Part shown: one piece after another, positions 38,384 through 50,109 of the stretch
Position numbering within the stretch: position 1 is the first letter of the stretch
Layout of the letters: each line of letters opens with the position of its first letter
Origin: Eledone cirrhosa
Taxonomy: Eukaryota
Assembly: GCA_964016885.1 (NCBI GenBank)
Contig: OZ024754.1
Location: 806,001-870,000, forward strand
Reading direction: 5' to 3'
Length of the DNA: 64,000 nucleotides
Translations under genes and position numbers: made by a program
The notes under the pieces: generated by a model
Database searches by the model: none
What the model saw: only the letters and a program-made list of their open reading frames with translations
What the model was told of the DNA's origin: nothing

Positions 38384-39678
38384 ATAGCAGTGTATCCTGG
38401 CGTTGCACGGGTAAGAAGATTGGTAATAGCACCTCCAATGAGAAACGTTTATTTGTGAGTGCCTGTTAAAAACTCACGAAAATATACCGACAGGAAACTT
38501 GTTTTATTTGAAGAAAATTAAGAAGTTGAAAGTACAGTTTAGCTGTCTACGTGCATTCATCATCATCATCATCATTTTACGTCCACTTTTCCCTGCTTGC
38601 AAGGGTGGGACGGGTCTTATTCAGCACAGCATCTCTCCACTCGTCACGGTCCTTCGTCATCTCCACCATGAGCTTCAATGATCTGAGGTCTGTTCTCACC
38701 ACCTCCGCCCATTGTTCATAGAAATATTGTTGAGCCCCTTCTTTTCATACTGTATTTTGGTCTTTTGGAGTAAATGTGAAAGTGAAAGTCACAGGTTAAG
38801 TTGGCAGAAGGTTCCAGTGCAATACCAGTAAGGCGTAGGCTACTTACCTCAAAAGTTCATTCACATGCTTTCCACTAAGTTACTCTTTCTCGCTATCCCT
38901 GTCGGTGCAGTCCCTTGCGAATTTCTCGCGTAGGCCTGGTGTAGATTTGCACCTGATCCATCTGCCCGATGCACATGTCCACTTTGTACGGCTTTTTGTG
39001 GAAGGAGTGACCAGCAGTACGTTGTTCAGTATTATTACGAAAAGGTGCAGCTCGGGAGGAAACTGCTTACCTTGAAGATTCATTCGCCGTCGTTCTTGTC
39101 AATGCTCCGTTTAGTTGGTATTTGTTGGTCTACAGTTAGATGAATTGTGCACAAAGGGTTAATGTTTATTGGCAAGAAGTGCAACTGGGCTCGCTTGCCT
39201 CGCTTATATTATATATTAAAATAACAGATTAAAGTTTAAGCAAAGAATCGCTGCTTTCACCCTTATCGGGATCTTCTGAAACTAAAAAACATCAATCTGT
39301 GAACGCAGAAGTAAATATTTCGAAAAACGTTGCAACCAAAGGAAAACAGGAAGACGATACTTTGGTTCATGAAGACGTTCCCAGGCAATGAACGGAAAAT
39401 AGTGAACATAATACGTCATCAATGTTTGTCAGAATGTCGTAATGCAGACAGCCAGGCATACAGACAGATATTATAAGGGCGCTACGGAGATGGATAACCG
39501 ACGCCTAACACCCCTTTGAAAATTGAAAAATAAAAGCTGCAGTTAACATCTTTAGACCGCAAGGAATATATAAATGCAAGTTTGAAGTCAATCGGAGTAG
39601 AAATGTGGATTTGTATAGACTTTGCAAAAATGAGGACACACACATACAGACAACTACAATTTTATATATAGGTATAGA
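38384..39678 (-). mobile_element. Non-autonomous Helitron with internal cargo and nested RTE fragment (38555-38712)
   Basis: Minus 5' TCTATACCTATATATAAAA; 3' hairpin CCCGTGCAACGCCAGG and degenerate CTA(T); shares blocks with 49536-50109. Confidence 0.65.
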
Positions 39679-39797
39679 TATTAAATTAGAATAACTGAGA
39701 AAGTCTTATAAACTGAAGAAAATATCTAAAGAATCTGTCCAGAGAGAAGCATGGCTATATCTAATTTCAAATATTCCTCAAACTGCAAATATTTATT

Positions 39798-39978
39798 TAA
39801 TTGTTTCTACTTTAGGCACAAGGCCAGCAATTACGCAGTACATTACTGGTACTTTATTTTATCGACCCCGTAAGGGTGAAAGGCAAAGTTAACCTCGGCG
39901 GGATTTGAACTCAGACTGTAAAGGGACGTAACTATGCTAGAAAGCATGGCGTCCAACTCTCTACCGATACTGCCAATT
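39798..39978 (-). mobile_element. tRNA-derived SINE
   Basis: Family consensus. Confidence 0.85.
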
Positions 39979-40189
39979 CATTAATGATAGTTAACTGTTT
40001 AATGAAACAAATTGAGCTCATATTACTGTTACATGTTCTAGCAGAGAGGCGGAGGCTATGCTGAGGCACCAGCATTCTATAAGATTATTACACATTTGAT
40101 GTTACATGGTTATATGAGAGAATTGGCAAAGCTATTAGGGCATAGAATCATCATCATCATCATTATTTAATATCCGCTTTTCCTGTTAG

Positions 40190-40610
40190 TACTTCTTTTT
40201 GTTGTATGACATATGCACAATGGATAGAGAGACAGATCAAAACCAGCAAGCCAGATTAAGGCATCATTTGTAGTATTAACGATAGCTTAGGCAGCCAGGA
40301 AAACGTCTGAGGGGGCAATCCCAAACATGCAGTACTGTCTGGTCAGGGTCCTCACAGTCACATGCTTGACTGTCTTTTATATCCCTCAATGGAGATGATG
40401 GGCTGTCCTGGCATTTGTTGTGTGGATCCGATTAAGGGACACCCATTACTTTCTATTTGGGGTAAGGTTCAGAAAGAGACATTGAGTTCTGTCCCAGCTT
40501 GTCTGGTGGTGAGATGGAAGGTTGTCACTGGTGTTGCTCAGGTTGGGCTGAAAGTGCCAGTAGGAGTAGTAGTCCTTCATCTTCTCCAGGACTTCTGTGA
40601 AGTGTAAAGT
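40190..40610 (-). mobile_element. Vingi/Ingi-like LINE 3' fragment
   Basis: Minus strand reads W..LNRIHT..ACDC..PDQT..H..DCPLRRFPG..DALIWL..DLSL (CCHC knuckle). Confidence 0.55.
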
Positions 40611-40740
40611 TAAGTTTGTCAAAATCAGTAAATTAGGTAGCTAAGTGAAGGTCATATCACTTACGTTAGATGTTAAAATGCATTGGTGCCAGGATAGTAT
40701 TTGTAATATAACTCAACAAAAAGTTCTTACATTAAATAAT

Positions 40741-40927
40741 TATTTCTACCTTTGGCACAAGGCCAGCAATTATCCAAGTGTATTACTGGTACTTTATTTT
40801 ATCGACCCCGTAAGGATGAAAGGCAAAGTTAACCTCGGCGGGATTTGAACTCAGAATGGCAAGGGCCGTAACTTTATGCGTCAAAGCATGGCGTCCGACC
40901 CTCTACCGATACTGCCAATCCACCGCC
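40741..40927 (-). mobile_element. tRNA-derived SINE with 15-bp TSD
   Basis: CTTACATTAAATAAT on both sides. Confidence 0.9.
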
Positions 40928-41096
40928 CTTACATTAAATAATGTTGGAAAATTTTAATTTAAAAAGACACCTTTTAAAATGGGTGCTATTTGTTTCATAG
41001 AACCAGAGGTAGTTTTGGGCTGGATAATGTCAAAATTACTTTTCATGCTTTAAAACAACAACAAAAACATGATTTTATAGAATTTTTTATATCAAG

Positions 41097-41102
41097 TTTA
41101 TT
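41097..41102 (-). terminator. RidA polyadenylation signal AATAAA
   Basis: About 60 nt downstream of the stop codon. Confidence 0.6.
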
Positions 41103-41163
41103 ATATCAAAAACTATTGTATAAAATCTCTCTGAATATTGAACTTTTGATGATTTGATTCAAG

Positions 41164-41217
41164 TTACAACTGGCTGTTAGCTAACACAGCAATAGCTTCT
41201 ATTTCAACACGAGCAAG
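41164..41217 (-). CDS. RIDA: RidA exon 6, terminal (LARVEIEAIAVLANSQL*)
   Basis: CAG acceptor, VEIEAIA motif, TAA stop. Confidence 0.93.
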   Translation of the reverse strand, partial: LARVEIEAIAVLANSQL

Positions 41218-41426
41218 CTGGAAAAATAAGGAAAAAGACAGAAAAAAATGTCAGTTTCTATTTTTCAGAGAAAAAAAACATTACATTGAGATTCAACTAT
41301 AAGTGTTATGAAAGGTAAATTAGATATAGCAGCAACTGAGTTCAACGAGCAGTTTTAAAAAAACGTTATATATATATAAAATGTAAACTGCTTGTTGACA
41401 CTCAGTTGTGTATATATATTTATATA

Positions 41427-41985
41427 GGTGATCAGATTAGCATGGGAGGGGGGAGGGATTCTGAGGCCATAGTATCTAGAATAAGGACGGGTTGGAAGAA
41501 GTTTAGGGAGCTGCTTCCTCTGCTGACGAAGAAGGGTTTCTCTCTGCGTACGAAAGGCCGGTTATATGATGCCTGTGTGAGGAGCACAATGCTGCATGGT
41601 AGTGAGACATGGGCAGCAACTGCAGAGGATAAGTGATGGCTAGAGTGAAATGAGGCAAGCATGCTCCATTGGATGTACAATGTCAATGTGTGTGAACGAC
41701 CGAGCATGGATGTGTTGAGAGAGAAACTATGTTTAAGAGGGATAAGTTGTAGTGTGCGGGAGAGAAGACTGCGATGGTATGGACATGTGAAGAAGTGCCA
41801 AGAAATGCCAGTTGCAGGAAGACCACGAAAAACATGGGCGAAGGTGGTGAGAGCTGACCTCAGATCGCTGAAGTTCATGGTGGAGATGACAAAGGACTGT
41901 GACAAGTGGAGAGATGCTGTGCTGAATAGGACCCATCCCACCCTTGCAAGCAGGAAAAAGCAGACGTAAAATGTTGATGATGATG
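41427..41985 (+). mobile_element. RTE-clade LINE 3' fragment
   Basis: RIRTGWKKFRELLPLL..LYDACVRSTMLHGSETW..RLRWYGHV..GRPRKTW; (GAT)n tail. Confidence 0.9.
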
Positions 41986-42469
41986 TGTATTTATGTATAT
42001 GTGTTAATATATACGTATTTATTTGTTTATTCATTCTTTTGTGTGTGTATACATATTTTTTGTGCGTCTATGTATGTGTGTATATATGTATATGTTTGTA
42101 TATGTGTATGCATGTAGTTGTGCGTATGCATGTATACGTATATTGTCCTTATATATCTATATATATATATATGTGTATATGAGCGGGTATATGTATATAT
42201 TTATATGTATGTGTACATATGTATATGGTCAGAAATATATACTCTTACAATAATACAGACCGACAAAATATGCATACTCCACTTTTCCCTTCACAGCTCT
42301 GTATACACACCCTTATATTAACATACTTTTGCTCGTAGCTTCGTACTTACAAGCACACACACACAAACATACGCATGCACAAGTATAGCTCTTTATACAA
42401 AACGTTTTTTTTCCTTCCATATACTGTACCGGTTTTTTTTTCCCTTCACAATAATTATTTATTTACAAT

Positions 42470-43381
42470 AGTTTATAACGTTGCCTATTAATCCGTATGG
42501 TGAGCAAATGGGGTCCCAGGTGTTGGCCTCCCCACAGCCCCGGCGGACAGGGTGGAGAAGACGTTTCCCCGGAGGATGGTAAGGGAGATGCGCTGGAAGT
42601 GCCATTCCAACTCACGAGGCTCACACCTGTGGCTGGCCAGCTCAGCGCCTATGGAGGTGAATAGAGAGTCAGCCTTAGGGCCAAGGACACCAGAAGTCTC
42701 CACTGCCAAGGGCACGACCGCGAACCTGTCGAAGAGTGACCGTTACTTGGAGAGTTTGGCCTCCTCAGCCCGACGTGCAGCAGTACCTAGGTTAGTCGCA
42801 GACTGCACCAGGTTGTGGCTGGAGAAAGTGTTGCTGCAAGTGGCATTCCAGATGAGGGGTTTGCCACTTCAGAAGATGGTCATACCGTCTGGCCTTTTAC
42901 CGCCATCCCCTCGGTCCAGCCCCCCTGACTCGAGCTGGGAGGGGAAGCCTGCTGCATCCAAGCCATGCTTTATAACCTCGTTGAGGGCAGCATGGCATGG
43001 AAGGCGGCGGGCACTGTGGCGACAGGAAAGTGGGTGGAGTCCGAAAGGTGCATCCACAGCGACATTTATGTGGCTGGCAGATCCAGAGTCCAAGCCTCAA
43101 GGAAATGATGATGTGCAGGCTATCATTATCCAGCTGTGTGCCAGTGGAGAAGGAGGGCAAGGCATGGAGTCAGGCACCACTGTGGGGTTTGGAGGCCGTG
43201 CGAAAACAGGCAAGGCGGTGCTGGTCGAGCTGACGCATGAGCTTGTCTGTGGCCAGGCTGCACTGGATGGCACCCCATTTGCTTTGGGGGGGGACTTGAC
43301 GTCAGCAGGGGGAGAAAGAGGAGGGACGTCTACCAAGCTAAGTACCAGCCTGTCCCACGTCTCACAGACGACCTCATGTTC
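42470..43381 (-). mobile_element. CRE-clade non-LTR retrotransposon 3' fragment (zinc knuckle + restriction-like endonuclease)
   Basis: LRLGL..CRCG..HPLSC..HAALN..KRPDG..PLAVETSGVLG..QRISLTILRGN, with frameshifts. Confidence 0.85.
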
Positions 43382-43685
43382 CCTGAAAGTTCTGTGATTA
43401 GTAGTTCTTGGAGTAGTAATAACAGGTAAAAGGATGATTAAAACAGATAAGTCATACAATAGGGTTTTATTCGAAGCATACCCTATTGTATGACTTATCT
43501 GTTTTAATCATCCTTTTACCTGTTATTACTACTCCAAGAGCTACTCATCACGGAACTTTCAGGAATCTACTCTCCGAAAAACCTAAATAAGTAAACATCT
43601 TGTTGAGTCAACTAACACTGTATGCTGAAATAATCCTCGATACAGATTACTCGTAACCTGAGCTTAGGTAACCTCGTTTACTTTG

Positions 43686-43690
<5 letters not shown>
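43382..43690. repeat. PLE-related segment with 84-bp inverted repeat (43382-43465 / 43480-43563)
   Basis: 81/84 complementary; downstream part shares TACTCCAAGA and GTAAAC.TCTTGTTGAGTCAA with 22810-22950; abuts (TA)n. Confidence 0.7.
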
Positions 43691-43725
<35 letters not shown>

Positions 43726-43729
43726 CCCA

Positions 43730-44040
43730 AAGTCTGCCTATGTCTTAACTATGGTCACTTTTACTGTCTCTGCTGTGACTTTTGCACCTGCTTGTACTGC
43801 AAGTGCAAGAAGGAGGACTTATTTCCAAGCCAAGCTTTGTAGGCCTCCTTTTTTGAATAGTAGAGTTTCCATCCTCCATCCAAATCAGAGCCACGGAACT
43901 TTGTTGAAGAAACCTCAACTATATCTAGTCGGTAGCATCTAGCCTCTTCCACTAGTTCCTGCTCCATACCTGTAAGGATTGTTTGAGATGTTCCAGGTTC
44001 CAATTGTTATGGTTTGCTCCTTTCATGTCTTGGAATATGC
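43730..44040 (-). mobile_element. LINE APE-endonuclease fragment (RTE-like)
   Basis: ELVEEARCYRLDIVEVSSTKFRGS..GGWKLYYS. Confidence 0.65.
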
Positions 44041-44192
44041 AGTCTTTGAGTGTCCATCCTATGCTTCCCAGGACAGGTCATGGACCTGTCACCAGTTTTC
44101 ATATAACAAATAAGTAAAAGAGAGAATCATTTAGGCAATAATAATGTAATCTCCTCCAAACATTAATTCTGACTAAAAAATCGAAAATTTAC

Positions 44193-44251
44193 CTTTGGTA
44201 AATTACCAACTTGATAAGCTGCTCTGGCAGGAAAATCAGTTCCAGCAAAAT
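44193..44251 (-). CDS. RIDA: RidA exon 5 (YFAGTDFPARAAYQVGNLPK)
   Basis: TAG/GTAAAT boundaries; catalytic Arg in PARA intact. Confidence 0.95.
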
Positions 44252-45104
44252 CTAAAAAAGACATTACATTTCAGAAAATCAGTTTCAGTTAACAATGTTA
44301 TATCATTTATTGATCTCTTCTCCCTCTTTGTTCTCCTGGTTGTTGTTGTTGTTATAGCTTAACCTCATATAAACAACTTTCTTGAGTGTGTTAAAGATAG
44401 GAATCTGGTCCTATCATGAAAAGACCACCCCTTCTCTAGGTAGGATGTTAACCTCCCCTATCCTACCCCTGCTGGTACTCTATTATTTTCAGCTGAGTGG
44501 ACAGGAACAATATGAAATAAAAGTATTCAAGAACATAATGTGCCACATTAGGCCATGTGACTTCATTTGTTTGGCTGGTAGGGAGGTTGTTTTCCCAACC
44601 CTTTCATCAACTGAATATTTCTGTAGGGTACAGCAGGATTTGAACTCAGAACACAGTGAGCTGGTATAAAAACCACAAGCTATTTTATTTTAATCTCTAA
44701 AGATTTTGTCAAATTTACTGTCTTTAGCTGCTTTAGACTAAAACATTAAATTTCAAGATTTATGATAAACTATTCCATAGACCATAAGTCTATTAAGTTG
44801 TATAGTAAGTTCTCACTGTTTTTCAAATTTTTATTGACTAAATCAAGGGTGGTGGATTTAGCAGTATCGGTGGAGCGTCGCACAACATGCTTCAAGGCAT
44901 AGAGTTATAACCCTTCATGATCTCAGTTAAAATCCTGCCGAAGTTAAGCTTTGCCTTTCATCCTTATGGGGTCGGTAAAATAAAGTACCAGTAATACACT
45001 GGGGTCGATTTAATCAACTTTATATAAAGCCTTTACCATGAATATATAATAGTATATATAGAGTAATGTAAATATTAAAGGGTTAAAGCAGTAAAAATAT
45101 TTAC

Positions 45105-45173
45105 ATTTTGAATAGATTTCATTAACTGCTTGGAAGTCATTGATGTCAGCCAACAACACTGTGGTTTTAACAA
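45105..45173 (-). CDS. RIDA: RidA exon 4 (VVKTTVLLADINDFQAVNEIYSK)
   Basis: CAG/GTAAAT boundaries, 69 nt. Confidence 0.95.
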
Positions 45174-45762
45174 CTGAAATGATAAAGAGAAATATATTAT
45201 AATTTTTTGATACCAAACCACCTGAAACTGCCATGCATTTAGAATATAAAACTGCTCGTTTTAAATTGTTTATACATATAGTAAATCCTTCCATCATAAT
45301 TTTATTTAAGAAGTTTTTGTTCAGTAATGTTCTAAATAGCTTACTAATGAAAAAAGTTAATTCATCATTATCATTTAACTTTCCCTGCTAGCAAGAGTTG
45401 TATGGGTCTTCACAGACTGAGTCTGTACTGAAGCAGGAGTTGAATTTACCAGGAGTTAGATTCTTGCCAGTATAGCCCTCTGAATCAAAAAGCACACAAG
45501 CCACTCCACCACAACAAGGTATTTAATCATATATCTACAAGCATATATACACACTATTGGATCATTGTTGACTCTCAGGAGCTCGACCCTTTGATGGCTA
45601 TTGTTTCTCATCTCACAGGGTGTGAAAAAATCCCCCTCCTCATCAAGTAGGCTTGGTGGGGTTTCCACTTGCCAGTTTAATCCCAGACAACCTAACCATG
45701 CAACTTGTTATACTGGGTTACATATCAAATAAAGTTGATTAGAAAAAAAAGCTTAAACTTAC

Positions 45763-45817
45763 CATTGTTTAATGAAGCACCAGCTTCTTTGAGGATTGCA
45801 CACATATTCTTGAGAGC
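45763..45817 (-). CDS. RIDA: RidA exon 3 (ALKNMCAILKEAGASLNN)
   Basis: CAG/GTAAGT boundaries, 55 nt. Confidence 0.95.
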
Positions 45818-45949
45818 CTGGAAAGAACCATTAAGGTAAATATTAATCACATTTATTTTAATGAAAACTACAGAAAAAAATAATACAAGCTTTGATAAAC
45901 ATCAGATTTATTTAAAAAAATTAACTTGTAGCTTTATAAATATGTTGTA

Positions 45950-46490
45950 ATGGTGACATGACAAAAAGCACCCAGTTCTCACTGTTAAGTGGTCTTGTTG
46001 GTAACATGACAATAAATGCCCAGTCCACACTGTAAAGCGATGGTCCTGTTGGTGACATGACCTAAAACATCCAGTCTACACAGTAGAGTGGTTGTTTTGA
46101 TGCTGCGACAAAAAGCATCCTGTCCACCTTGTTAGGTGGTCATGTTTGTATCATGACAAAAAGCACCCAGTTCATACTGTAAGGTGGTTGTGTTGGTGCC
46201 ACAAAAAAAAAGTTTCCTGTCCACACTGTAAAGTGATTGTGTTGGTGCCACAAAAAAAAAGTTCCCAGTCCATACTGTAAAGTGATTGTGTTGGTGCCAC
46301 AAAAAAAAAGTTTCCAGTCCATACTGTAAAGTGATTGTGTTGGTGCCACAACAAAAAACAGAAACCAGGCCAGAAACAGTTCTGTATGAGCAAGACATGG
46401 TCATCTGATCTGACTTGTTTCACAAACGGACAACTTGTCTAACCCATGCTAGCATGGAAAATGGACATTAAACGATGATGATGATGATAA
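45950..46490 (+). repeat. RTE-tail SINE with minisatellite expansion
   Basis: Tandem ~48-51-bp units, tail GGACATTAAACGATGATGATG. Confidence 0.8.
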
Positions 46491-46522
46491 CATCTCACTA
46501 ATTTATAAAAATGACAACATAC

Positions 46523-46628
46523 CTGATCAGCTTGTTCAGCAGCATTGTTGGAAGGAAACTCCATACTGCTAGGAATAAGACCAAGCTGTCCTGAGATGTA
46601 CATAGTCTTATCAACTACAACAGCTTGG
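46523..46628 (-). CDS. RIDA: RidA exon 2 (SQAVVVDKTMYISGQLGL..EQADQ)
   Basis: TAG/GTATGT boundaries, 106 nt, YISGQ motif. Confidence 0.95.
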
Positions 46629-46786
46629 CTAAAACAATAACATGTACATGTAATCACTAAACAGTAGAAAAAATAAGAATACAAATATCTAAATAGACAG
46701 ACACTAGGTTTAGAAACAATATATAGCTATACAGCATGATCAAAATATCCCCTTGAACAAGTTTCTTCTCTTCTACCATATCTTAA

Positions 46787-46993
46787 CCCTTTAGCATGTA
46801 CATTACTCTATATTACTATTGTATTTTTGTGGTGAAGGCTTTACCTCACATAATATTGAATCTACAAGATTTTGATATTATTTATTTTGAGAACAATACC
46901 TTAACATCAGTATGAGTGGCTGGTTACAGCTGGTTTGAATAGAAAGAGGTGAGAGAATTCTGGCTGGATACAGCCGGTTTAAATGCTAAAGGG
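46787..46993 (-). mobile_element. piggyBac-type MITE
   Basis: TTAA on both sides, TIRs intact. Confidence 0.85.
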
Positions 46994-48686
46994 TTAAGTT
47001 AGGCCAATATTTTGTTACTGGAATTTGGTAGATGGAAACTGTGTAGAAGACTGTTGATTTTGGGTCCTAGTTCGAAGTACTGTCAATGGCTATGAGGGTA
47101 AAAAATGTTTCTTTCTATACTGGTGCATGTCTTCATCACTTTCCTAATCCATGACGAGGAAGTACTGTAATTAATCCACTCCTCAGGTAGTTTAGTGACC
47201 AGATGGTAATTTAATGTAATGAGTTAGTTCCCTTACATTTTTACTCATCAACAGGAACATGTAAAAGGGCATAAGGGGATGCAACTCAATTACCATTAAT
47301 CTAGAAATTTACCCGCAAGATCCTAGGAATTATTCTGCCTTTGAGCAACAAAGCGTAAAAAAAGGGAGTGGTCAATTTTAAAGTTTGTTAAGCTATGGGG
47401 TTTGCTGGTAAAAATTTAAGTTACATGTGAAAATACCCTAATGCATATCGTGTCAACGTGGTAACTCCCATATGGTCGATGTGTGTTTATTAATTTATAT
47501 ATTTGTCGGTCACGCAGGTTGGTTTCAGTAATGGAGGGTGCACTTGAAAGGAAACGTCGTTTAGCAAGAGAAAGACAGAGGAATAGAAGAGCAAGCCTCT
47601 CAGTCAAAAGAGCTGCCATCAGAAACCGTCGCCGTGAAAATGAAACTGATGTTGAAACATGCATGGAGAGACTACCAGAGAACGTCACAGAGTCTAGCAA
47701 ATAAAATAGAACAAACGGCAACAAGGAGAAAAGATATGAGAGAAAGAGTTTTGTAAAGGATTGCAAACGAAACAATGTGGGCTGGGTGCATTTTATCATG
47801 GCACCAGCACTACCACCTTCCAGTGTGGGCTAAATACATCTTAATGTGGTACCAGTGCTACATTTCAACACTAGCACACTTGCATCCTTGGTTAGACAGG
47901 GAGAACATCTGGTACCACATACTCAGTGATAACTGAAATGAATCAAAACTGGTTACAATAATAAATATCATATTACAGCTTATTTCCTCTTAAAGAAGCA
48001 ATCATAATAGAGGGAAAAACAAAAGAGTGTAGAATTACTGGTCTTGCTTCCTTATTGGGAAAATGTTTAAAGTCAATATGGTTATAAATAGAAACAATGC
48101 AAATATAATTAGATTATATTGTGGTATATTGGGAGGAAATGAAAAAAAATCTAATAGGTTTTTTTTTAACAAAGTCCTTCATCTGAGAAATAAATGATTA
48201 TTATTTTATTTTGTCAAGTGTTTAAAGAATTATATATATAAAGAAAAAGAAAGTGAGACATAAAAGAGACTGTTAGAGAGAAAGAATGATATGAAAGAAA
48301 AATATTTAAAACATGGCATGGTAACATTTGAGGAAGATTTGACTGTGATTTCTTGCAGGTCAAATGACTACATAAAAGCTTCTTCAGTAGTTGGAGGTCA
48401 TAGGGTTATAGTTGATTGCAGACAGTACAAATAAGCCAAAGAAAACAGTGTTGGAACTGATAAAGAAGTTGGTTTGAAACTAGTTTTATAACCAGTTTAA
48501 CTGGATGTGATAAAGCAGGTATAAACTAATTTGTATTAACACAACAATGAATCAGAAGGCTTTTTATATAAAATAGCTCTCTTTTTTATTCATCGCTAAG
48601 TGTCAGGGTCTTCCAAGACTGGTGTGGAAATAGGAGGGAAGAAGATATCCTTAAATTACAGACCTGAACTGAATCATCCCTATTAA

Positions 48687-48894
48687 CCCTTTAGCATTTA
48701 AACCAGCTGTATTCGGCCAGAATTCTCGCACCTCTTTCTGTTCAAACCGAGTGTAACTGGCCACTCATTCTGTTGTTAAGGTATTGTTCTCAAAATAAAT
48801 AATATCAAAATCTCATAGATTCGATATTATGTGAGATAAAGCCTTTACTGTGAAAATACAATAGTAAATATAGAGTATTGTAAATGCTAAAGGG
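48687..48894 (+). mobile_element. piggyBac-type MITE
   Basis: TTAA on both sides, 14-bp TIR CCCTTTAGCATTTA. Confidence 0.88.
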
Positions 48895-49535
48895 TTAAAG
48901 GCACACAAGGGGCCAAGTGATGATATTAAACAAGGTGGAAAATTAAGCAGTGGGGAGGAGGAGAGAGGAAAAAATCTGAAAAATTTAATAAGCCAGGTGG
49001 AAAAGGGAGGGGACGATTATTTGAGAACCGGGAGTAGAGGGTCAAAGAAATTGAAAAAAGTGATATGAGGTGAGAAGGAATTCTAGAATTATATAAGATC
49101 ATGGATAGTGTTATGCATTGTGTAAACCAGGTGATTACTTAGGATACTAAAACCTGGAGTGCCACACCAATTCTGAACAATTTATAAAATTACTTAAGCC
49201 AAAAAAAATTAGGAACAGGCACAAAAACTTAGTAAAGAGAATAGGAGAGGTCACTCCCCACTCCCAGAAGAGAAGATAGGATAGGTATGAGGTAGGGTAG
49301 ATGAGAGGGGTGTTATGGACAGTTATGGGGTAGGGTAGATGAGAGGGTTGTGCTGTTTCATGAGATTTGTCATGAAGCATTTCAAATGTTGCCAGATAAC
49401 AGATTTACTCATTGATATTACTATATATTTATAGACACGTGACCACTGGCATTACATAGTGTCTCTGTCTATCTCACCCTGCTATTTGTATTGAATGTCT
49501 TTATATCAAATTATGTTGGAAGGTTTTAATTTAAA

Positions 49536-49681
49536 CTAGCAGAATGGCTCGGCATTGCTCAGGATTTGCTCTAGGGTTCTTATATATTTGATATATATTT
49601 ATCCTTATCGAGCCTCGTGAAATAAATATGTTTGTTTATATTTTGTTATTGTGTATGCAAAAATATCTGTACACGAATATA

Positions 49682-49721
<40 letters not shown>

Positions 49722-50109
49722 TATCAGATTAAAGTTTCAAGCAAAGAATCGGTGCTTTCACCCTTAACAGGATCTTCTGAAACTAAAAAAATCAATCTGT
49801 GAACGCAGAAGTAAATATTTCGAAAAACGTTACACACTATATATGCATATATATACAGACATATAGTGTCATAATGTCGTAATGCAGACAACTAGACAGA
49901 TATTATAAGGGCACAACGTTATATCTATGTATCTATCTAAAAAGAAAGATAATGCGGCCCCTAGGGCATTGAAAATTTGAAATATTTTTTGCTCAAAACA
50001 CTTACAGGACCATAAGTATTACATGTGTAAAGTTTGAAAACATCGGTTGGGTGGTTCCCGAGTTTTAGGGAGTCAGACAGTCAGACATTCTCTGTTTTAG
50101 ATATATAGA
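49536..50109 (-). mobile_element. Non-autonomous Helitron
   Basis: TC start and hairpin + CTAG end on minus; sits inside a TTAA-type MITE. Confidence 0.7.

Noticed and set aside
42552-43397. 281-aa + strand ORF, the longest in the track
   Set aside because: Antisense shadow of the GC-rich CRE fragment on the minus strand; no recognisable domain
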